From Octopus vulgaris (taxonomy: Eukaryota): a DNA stretch of 64,000 nucleotides. The stretch's first letter is position 1; every line of letters starts with the position of its first letter. The notes under the pieces are model-generated. The model was not told the DNA's origin, searched no databases, and saw only the letters and a list, made by a program, of their open reading frames with translations. The stretch is from NCBI GenBank assembly GCA_951406725.2, contig OX597819.1, positions 133,982,001 to 134,046,000 of the forward strand, read 5' to 3'. Made by a program: the position numbers and the translations under genes. Shown piece by piece: positions 55,884 to 64,000 of this stretch.

Positions 55884-58800
55884 AATATATATATATATGT
55901 GTGTGTGTGTATATATATATTCTGTTGATCAGAATTTAGGAACATAATTTTGGTTGCGATGCTAAGTTTGAATATTGTGAGACAAATGCTTCAATGTATG
56001 TTCTTTCGGGAGTAATCCTATTTTCCCGAAGTAACAAAGTACATTTGGACATTTATTTCATACTCAGTCTCGCAGTGTATTCAATGCTGAGTCCATAAAT
56101 ACCAACTCTGTAGAATAGTGTTTCGTTAGATTTTCTTTAGTCAATGCAGATCTGATGTAATGGAGGAATCAACACCAATAATTCTGCTAGCAGTCGATAT
56201 TTAGCAGATCTTTAAATCACTAAACATTCATTTATTACAATGGTTCCTTTTAAAATAAGGTTTTCATTTACTGAATTAGCAATAAAACCGGGAGATATGC
56301 ATTGAGCTCCAGCTGTCGTTATAAACTAGGAAGTTTCTTAGAAGGTTCGTTAGCATTAAGCAGCCCAACAGTAAAACAATTGACCACGTTCCATCAATAA
56401 GCAGTATCCTATCTCAGTGTTTCGCTATCAATGAATTAACGAAGCAAAACATATTGATGTTTGGCAGTTTCCTATTTTAGTATACAATAGAATAGAAGTC
56501 AAGCCATAAATGTTCAGAAATACTTTGGGAAATTCAAATTTTAGAATTCACAATTAGAAATAACCTAAATGAAGCAACGATTGCAAATCCATTTACCCTC
56601 ACTAATCAATTCAATGAGCTGTTATCACATTCTCTCCCCTTCACTGAGCAACCAATGGAAGCATTCGTGTCTTCAAAAGGTAGATATACATAACCTCCTC
56701 ACCCAAACACCTTTTTTCAGCACACCTGGATACGTAAACTATTCTCATGTCCCATCGTTGCCATTCATACTTCATACAAGAGTGAAACAAACTGTACGGT
56801 TGTTGCTCCTGACTTTACAACAAACTTGCTTTACACCGCTGTTGTACCATTGAGGTCTGTAAGCTGTTGTGTCTTATGTGTGTTCTTATGATTTAAAGAA
56901 TTAGCTTCTCTTAAAGTTAAGCTAATAATTATAGGATTTTGTATTGAGCATGTGTGTGTGTGTATTTCTATGTGCGTATGTGTAAAGGTGTGTAGTGTAT
57001 ATGTAATTTCCCTCTATTCCTAAATTTGTGCGATGTTTATGATTCTCATCAGTTAGACCTGTTTTGTATTGTTTTTGGTTTGGCTTCTTCTAATTAACAT
57101 AGCATATTTAATTTAATTTTTCCGTTTGCAGTGATGTTGTTTATTTTAAGTAAACAGCGGAGCGAAAATCATTCTTTTCCACTTCTGTTGAGTTATTTAA
57201 CTTATATTTTCATAGTTCAAGATAGCAACATCAAAGACATTATTCTCATAATTAAACTCTTTCGTAAACGAAGAAGAAGATATAATGACGAGAAATATAG
57301 CAAAGGTGGAAAGATAGATGAGATTTCTTATTATAATTTGTTATTCTACTAACTTATGTTACTACACATCCGTAGATGAAAGTTCACCTCTGGTAATACA
57401 GTGCAGAATGTTGGCGGTTTGTTATTAATGATAATATTGTTAGTTACTGACAGAAATTGGACTTGACGTTTATCCCACTATCCCGTTGCATATTTTGTTA
57501 TCCATCGTTTTGCTTTCTTTGCCGTCCAACGTAAATTTGTTTCAACTTTTCTAAAACCTCGAAACATGAGGTTAATTTCGTTTCGTTTTCGCTTTCCCTT
57601 TACTAAAACTCCAAAGTTTTAAACTTTGAAGGGATCCACAATAATATATTTATTTTTAAGCAATGAAAACACCATATTAGGAAATCGTGCGTTTCAGTAA
57701 CTAAAATAAATAAAATTAATGCAAGTGTAGTTTTATCATTGTTGGATTAAAGCTTGAAATGCTCTAATTATTCTTACTTTTAATTGTTCTTTATTGAGTT
57801 TGTTATTTTGCTCTTCTTAATTACCCGCCTCCGCGTTTTTTTCTCCTGGTGCATATTTTTATGAAGATTGGTAGTTTAAGTTTACCTCATATATAATCGA
57901 CTGACTTCAGTATTTAAATGGACACCAATTTATTAGAGACAATATTATTTGTAATGTGAAAATAGTTAACCAATATGTTTCTGGTCCTTTAACACAATAT
58001 TCCTTTAATGTTTGTTCTTGTGTCAAGTCTCCCTGTTGATAGACGCTAATGTGAAGACTATGTTGACTATCCATTCCTGTTTGTAAAATGAAAAGATATG
58101 TTACAGTTGTAGCGATCAATATCCAGGAATTAAACATCCAAGGTTTAAATGGAAAGAGACAAAACTCTGAAAACGCTTACATCCTGTAGTGTCCATTAGA
58201 AACAGGCAGATGTGTATTAAGTACAAATTCTAACGATAACAACCTTGGATAATACATCACTCTGCAATATATTATGGGTTTAGCTTCCTTGCTCTCTCTT
58301 TCTCTCTCTCTCCCTCTCCTGTCTCCCTCACTTTCTCTCTCTCGCTCTCCCTCTCCCATCTCCCTCACTTTCTCTCTGTCTCTCATTCTATCTTTCTCTT
58401 TCTTTTTCTTTCACTTCCTACTAAGAATCTAATACTTCACTAAACTTGACAAATGCAAACGACTTCTACATAAATAGACTTCTTCTTACACTTTCTCTCA
58501 ATTCAATCGTTTCTTCACTACCTTCACCCGACGAAACCCTCCCCACAAAATAGAATGCACTGAAATTCCATTCGCTTCACTATTTACTCCTAACATCAGT
58601 CTACAATACACGGCGAGAATGTTTCCTGCAATAACTTCACACATTCATCTAGCACTTTACGTAATACAAGAATTACTCAAAGCCCTCCAGTGCCGCTTCC
58701 AAAATAACAGACATTTCGATATCGTCTTTCAGCTTTACTTCTGAAATAAAGAGCCATTGCAAATATTTTCTAATATTCTTCATAATTTATTTATGGAATT

Positions 58801-58963
58801 TGAAAATAATCCACTCCGTCGTCGATATCTTTATACATACATATATACATACATACATATATATATATATATAATTTTAATCCAAACGGGAAACAAAAAA
58901 ACAACAACAATGGAACAATTACAGTATTATTATTAATAGGCGCTCAGGAAATGGAAGCAGGGA

Positions 58964-59000
58964 GGTATGACGTTTCGAGCGGAGCTCTTCGTCGGAAACA
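58964..59000 (-). ncRNA. Minimal hammerhead motif (C at position 4, decayed stem I)
   Basis: Reverse complement: TGTTT-CCGACGA-A-GAGC(TCC)GCTC-GAAA-CG-TC-ATACC, typical PLE minimal-HHR layout. Confidence 0.65.
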
Positions 59001-59539
59001 TAAAGAAGGAAGAGAGAGGAAAGAAAGATCCCGGAGCGGGCAACGGAGATAGAGAAAAAAACGGCTGGTGTTAGGAGTAGCACATGGTGAAAGGCGGATG
59101 TTTACGATAACAAGAGCAAAGTGGGTTTTTAAAGGCAAAAGAGTGGAGACAAGGTTGGTAACGCAACAGATGTGTGTGTATGTGTGAGTGTGTGCGTGTG
59201 CGTGTGTGTATGTGTGTGTGTGAGGCGAGGTAAAAAAACAAAAAATATATGTATGTGTTAGTGTGTGCGTCTGTGTGTAGGCGTGTGAGGTAGGGCGAGA
59301 CGGTGGTCAGCATAGCAGCAGCATAGCAGACAAAGGTCAGTAGTGAGAAAAGGGAGGAAGGAGGAAGGGAGGGAGGGGAAGGGGTGGGGGCGTATGTAGC
59401 GTGCCAGCGTGTGTTGAGTAGTAGTGTGTGTGTGTGTCCAGTGTCGTGGTAGTATTAGTGGCGAGTAGATTGAATGTGTGTAAGAGTGATGTATATGTTT
59501 AAGCAATGTGTGTATATGTGTGCGCGTGTGTGTAACGAA

Positions 59540-61445
59540 AAAAAGGGGGGTTAGGAAAAGGACTCCAGCGGAGGGGAAGATGGAAGAGTGGTCCCGCGGA
59601 GACGGGCGTGGGAAAACCCAACGACAAGCGACATCCCAGGAACGGGCGGGAGGTCTCGTCGGGTCCAAGGGCGAGGTGCATGCGGCGCGCATGCGTGCGC
59701 GAACCGGCGCAAACGCGTGTGTGCGCGAGCCTGCGAGTGTGCGCGTACGTATGTGTGCGTGTGGATGTGTGAGTGTGTCTGTGTGTATGTCTGGGTGGCA
59801 GTGTGTCCGATGAATGTATGTGAGTATGTGTGTATATATGTGTGTGCATAGATGTATGTCCGTGTGTGTGTGTGTGTGTGTATGTGTGTATGAGTGTGTA
59901 TGTATGTACGTGTGGGTGTGGGGAAGTGTGTGTATGTGCATGTGTGTGCGCGAACATACAGGTGTGTGAGTGAGTGCGTGTGTGTGTATGTATGTGTGAG
60001 TGTGTATGTATGTGTGTGTAGGATGCATGTATGTGTATGGGTGTATGTATGCGTGTGTGTATGTATGTATGTGTACGTGCGTGTGTGTGTGTGTATGCGT
60101 GTAGGTGTGTGCGTGTGCATGCGTGCATGTATGTGCGTATGTGTGTGTGTGTGCATGTGTGTGGGTATATATGTGTGTGCGTATATGTGTGTGTATGTGC
60201 GTACATGTGTGTGTGTGTGTGCATGTGTGTGTGTAGGTGTGTAGGAGTGTGTGTATAGGTGTATGTATGTAAGTATGTATGGGTGTGTCCGTGTATGTGT
60301 GTATGTATGTGTGTGTATGTAGCTGTGTGGGCGTGTGTATATGTGTGTGTATGTAGGTGTGTAGGCGTGTGTATATAGGTGTATGTATGTATGTCTGGGT
60401 GTGTCCGTGCATGTTTGTGTGTGTGTGTGTATGCATGTGTATGTAGGTGTGTGTGTACGTGTGTAATGTATGTGTGTATGCGTGTGTATGCGTGTGTATG
60501 CGTGCGTGTGTGTATGTAGGTGCGTGTGTATGTGTGTGGGAGTGTAGGTGTGTGTGTGCGTGTGCGTGTGTGATGTTTGTCATGCATGTGTGTGCGCGTG
60601 CAGGTGAGTGTGTGTGTAAGTATGTGTGTGTGTATGTTTGTGTGAGTGTGTATGTGTGTATGTCTGTGTGTATGTATGTGCGTATAGGAGTATGTAGGTA
60701 TGTGTGTGTGTATGTATATGGGTGTATGTATGTATGTGTGTGTGTGCATGTGTATAAGTATATGCGTGTGTGCGTATGTGTGTGTATGTGTATGTGTGTG
60801 TGTTTATGTATGTGTGTATGTATGTGTGTAGGCGTGAGTGTGTAGATGTATGTATGTATGGGTGTGTGTCAGTGTGTGTTTGTGTGTGTGTAGGTAGATG
60901 TGTGTGTCTGAGTGAGGGTATGGCTGTGTAGGTGTGTGTGTGTATGAATGTAAGTGTGTGTGTATACAAGTGTAATGTATGTATGTGGGTGTGTGTGTGT
61001 GTGTATGTGTACGTGTGCGTGTGTATGTGTGTGTGTGTATGCGTGTGAGTGTGGGTGTATGGGTGTATGTCTGTGTGTGTGTATGTCTGAAGTGGGTATG
61101 TGTGTGTATGTATGTATGTGTGTGTGTGTGCGGGTATGTGTGTGTGTGTATGTGTGTGTGTGAGTAGGTGTGCGTGTATGTATGTGGGTAGGGATGCATG
61201 CGAGTGTGTGGGTATGTATGTAAACATACGCAAGCGCACATCCGAAGCAAGCCCACACACACGAAGCGCGCTCACGCACACAACGCACAAGCAGTGCAAC
61301 GCAAGCCCAAAGGGGCCGACCGAGCCCCCAGCGCGCGCCAAGGCGCGCGAGCGCAAAGGCCCTCGAACGCCCCGCTACGCGGGAACCGAGGATCCATCGG
61401 CCAAAACCGGAAAGCAGAAAAGGGGGGGCAGCCTGGATGCAAAAA
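59540..61445 (-). ncRNA. Putative bipartite structured RNA (59540-59754 + 61224-61445) split by a microsatellite loop
   Basis: Six colinear helices pair 59629-59754 with 61224-61399. Many plus-strand A.C mismatches become G.U pairs on the minus strand. Confidence 0.6.
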
Positions 61446-61861
61446 GGTGTATGTGTGTGTGCATTCAGTGTACGGGTGTGCATGTGTGGGTATGTATGTA
61501 TGTATGTGCCTACATGTATGTGTGCATGTGTGTGTGTGTGAAGTATGTACGTGCGGTGTGTGTGTGTGAGTGTGTGTGTATGTATGTGCGTATGTATGTG
61601 TGTGTGTATGTGTGTATGTATGTCTGTGTGTGTGTGTGTGTGTAAGTATGTATGCGTGTGTGTATGTATGTATGTGTGTGTGTATGTGCATGTGTGTCTG
61701 TAAGTGTGTGTGATTAAATGTGTGAATGTATGTACGTAGATGGGTCTACGTATGTGTGTGTGTGAACAGGCGTGTGGGAGGTAGGTAGGTGGGTGGGAGG
61801 TAGGTGGGTGGGTGTGTGTGGGTGGTGTGTCCGGAAAAAAAAAAAAAAAAAAAAAACGGTC

Positions 61862-62186
61862 TCAAGAGGAGGGGGCTGTGTTAAGTCCGTGTGGGGTGGT
61901 AGTTTGTAGGGTGAAGATGTAGCGTTGCTCCAAGTGGAGCCTGGAAAGTGGGCGACCATTGTGGGGGGCGAGACCAAACACTGAGATGTCATCTCGGGAA
62001 TGGCCGGCCGAGCGGAAGTGGCGTGCGACGGGAGAAAAAGAGTGTAGGCGAACGTCCCTCAAGTGTTCAGTGAAACGGTCGGACAACCGGCGTCCCGTCT
62101 GACCTACATACAGCATCCCGCATAGGTTGCATTTAATGCAGTAAATAAGGCCAGACGAGGTGCACGTAAAAGAGTGCCTAATGCGT

Positions 62187-62190
<4 letters not shown>
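61862..62190 (-). pseudogene. PLE GIY-YIG endonuclease fragment (Neptune-like)
   Basis: IRHSFTCTSSGLIYCIKCNLCGMLYVGQTGRRLSDRFTEHLRDV...PVARHF...LEQRYIFTLQTTTPHGLN. The frame is open up to the (TA)n at 62190. Confidence 0.9.
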
Positions 62191-62251
<61 letters not shown>

Positions 62252-62789
62252 GTATTAAAATGGGGAAGGCCGGTTTACGGGATTACCTTAGGTTTCCTGT
62301 CCATAAAGGGTTTAGTGTTATGGCGTATATTCAGATCCCAAAACCTGTTGGCCCAAGACCTCACAACTCAACGGTAACAATGGGGATTATTTCCCTTGGC
62401 TATCGGCTATCGAATTCCGGGTGTGTACGCCATCTTGAGGGCTCCAAAAGGCTAGCAGGAACCTCCTGAAATGTAAACATGGCCCGAAAATCTCCGTTCT
62501 GGAGTTAAGGATGTTCCCTGGTTCGAGGGAGTCCTTTAGGATTCCGCCCGTTCAGAGATTACCATAAAATTATGCATAATTTGTATCGTTTTTCCGCTAG
62601 GTTCACGAGGATTTTCCATGAGATCGAATATGGAATCCCATCGTCTCTCAGTTGCCATACATGGCTGGCCGATGATGTTACGTATCTCCTTTAACAACAA
62701 TAGCAATAACAGAACCAGCAACGCCGCCACCACCGCCACAGTTAACTGCTGTTATTGTTATTGCTGTTAAACACTAGCAATAACAACAC

Positions 62790-63410
62790 TTGGATTATTA
62801 AAAAGTTCAGTGGAATATTGGTATACACGCACAGAATATTATGAGTTCAAAAAGGTTTACATTATAATAGTAGGGAAGCTAAAACTGACCTGTCCACCAT
62901 GTTAACGTAAAAGAAATAATTCCTTCTAGAAATTATCTTGAGAATGTATAATATATTTGTTGTAATCTTTTGTGCCCAATATTTCAATGAACTTGTTAAA
63001 CTTTTTTATGTTCTTAACATGCTCTTGTCACCAAAGAATTTATATATATGTATTGTGGTACTCTGCGTCAACCAATATTCTGTGCGTGTTTGAATATACA
63101 GATACAATACCAATATCCCACTGAACTTTTTAATAATTCCTTCTGGAAACTATCTTTTACATGTTCTTGAGAATGATTATTTATGTTATAATCTTTTGTG
63201 CCCAATATTTTAAGGAACTTGTTAAACTTTTTAATGTCCTTAACATGTCCTTGTTACCAAAGACTGTATATATGTAATGTAGCATTTTGTAACAACCAAT
63301 AATTAACGCAACCAAACTTCTACATGTTACTTTTGACAATCTTTTTCCAAAGAGTGAAACCGGTAAAGTAAATAAACATCTTTTAAAATTGCATTTTCAA
63401 ACCTTCTTCC

Positions 63411-63413
<3 letters not shown>
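62790..63413 (+). mobile_element. Old non-coding element with diverged tandem units, an inverted fragment and a variant HHR
   Basis: 62917-63075 resembles 63133-63300 (offset ~216). 62795-62840 is the inverse of 63074-63136. Ends at (TA)n 63414. Confidence 0.65.
63327..63371 (+). ncRNA. Type I hammerhead ribozyme, U3-A8 core variant
   Basis: TTACTT-TTGACAA-T-CTTTT(TCCA)AAGAG-T-GAAA-CCGG-TA-AAGTAA, with a perfect 6-bp stem I. Confidence 0.6.
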
Positions 63414-63464
<51 letters not shown>

Positions 63465-63465
<1 letters not shown>

Positions 63466-64000
63466 TCTGGTCAACAGAGCTCAAACTGTGGCATGCCGCC
63501 CTGGCTTTACTCTTCCTGTCAACTATGACACCCTCTGTGTTACCAATCTTTGCTCCCAGATACACGAACCTCAACCAACTCTAGTGGGTTCCCGCCTATA
63601 TTCATAATCTTCTCTGACTTCTTAATGTTCTCTGTCACTTCGTTTTAATTTCATTCATTTTCAGCCCCACACCCATCGACACAGTCTCCACCTCCTGCAT
63701 CAACTCCTCTGCTTCTCTCACTGTGTTTGTCACCAGAACTATGTCGTCAGCAAATTCAGCATCTGATGTCTTTTTAGCCTTGACCCTCCTGCTCTGAGCC
63801 AGTGCTACAGTAGTAAAGCCAGAGTGTTTTTCCAACGCAAGGTGTATACAATGGTCTGAGATCTGTATGGAAGTCGGACCTCCGTAAAGACCTGAAGATC
63901 CGTCTCTTCGTTGCTGCAGAGGAGTTTGTGCTGGTGTACAGGTCTGAGACTTGGGCACTCACCAAGAAACTGACTCAGATGGTGGATGGGTGCAACCTGA
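63465..64000. pseudogene. RTE-clade LINE RT fragment with a 5' inversion (runs off the window)
   Basis: Minus strand 63833->63465: EFADDIVL...GLKMNEIKTK...FVYLGAKI...RKSKARAACHSL. Plus strand from ~63834: YNGLRSVWKSDL..KIRLFVAA...LVYRSETWALTK....DGC. Confidence 0.8.

Larger units (their letters stand above)
58875..62190 (-). mobile_element. 5'-truncated Neptune-like PLE: GIY-YIG C-terminus, ~2.9 kb microsatellite-rich 3' region, terminal HHR
   Basis: GIY-YIG remnant and HHR lie on the same strand. (TA)n tracts at both ends (~58845-58873 and 62190-62238). Treating them as one insertion is inference. Confidence 0.7.

Noticed and set aside
59548-59555. CCTAACCC (telomeric template-like) on the minus strand of the structured island
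   Set aside because: Only 8 nt, located at the 3' end in a pyrimidine run. No pseudoknot or H/ACA evidence, so not called telomerase RNA.
59258-61691. Long His/Thr/Tyr- or Val/Cys-rich ORFs up to 441 aa
   Set aside because: Translations of CA/TA microsatellite lacking stop codons. The same applies to the YIYI, LSIY and MYVC ORFs elsewhere.

Overview
AT-rich, microsatellite-dense eukaryotic DNA. Its SINE families look like those of Octopus (coleoid cephalopod); this is recognition from memory, not a database result. I found no host protein-coding exon, and the window is almost entirely mobile-element debris. The one intact gene is a Penelope-like retroelement (PLE) ORF of the Naiad type (RT + GIY-YIG, 30172-33036, minus strand), inside a complete ~5.4 kb element with pseudo-LTRs, a fold-back 5' end and three hammerhead ribozyme (HHR) copies. 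Around it are several unrelated non-coding elements next to (TA)n tracts, most with long fold-back hairpins and their own HHR. In total there are ten HHR motifs from six sequence families. Two unrelated families share the same non-canonical core (U3-A8 covariation, U10.1/U11.1). A truncated Neptune-like PLE at 58.9-62.2 kb carries a GC-rich bipartite RNA structure whose halves pair across a ~1.5 kb microsatellite loop, with G.U polarity matching the element's sense strand. Other remnants include Tx1/L1, R4/Dong, CR1, RTE (twin-priming inversion), a Chapaev3-like transposase, MITEs and tRNA-derived SINEs.
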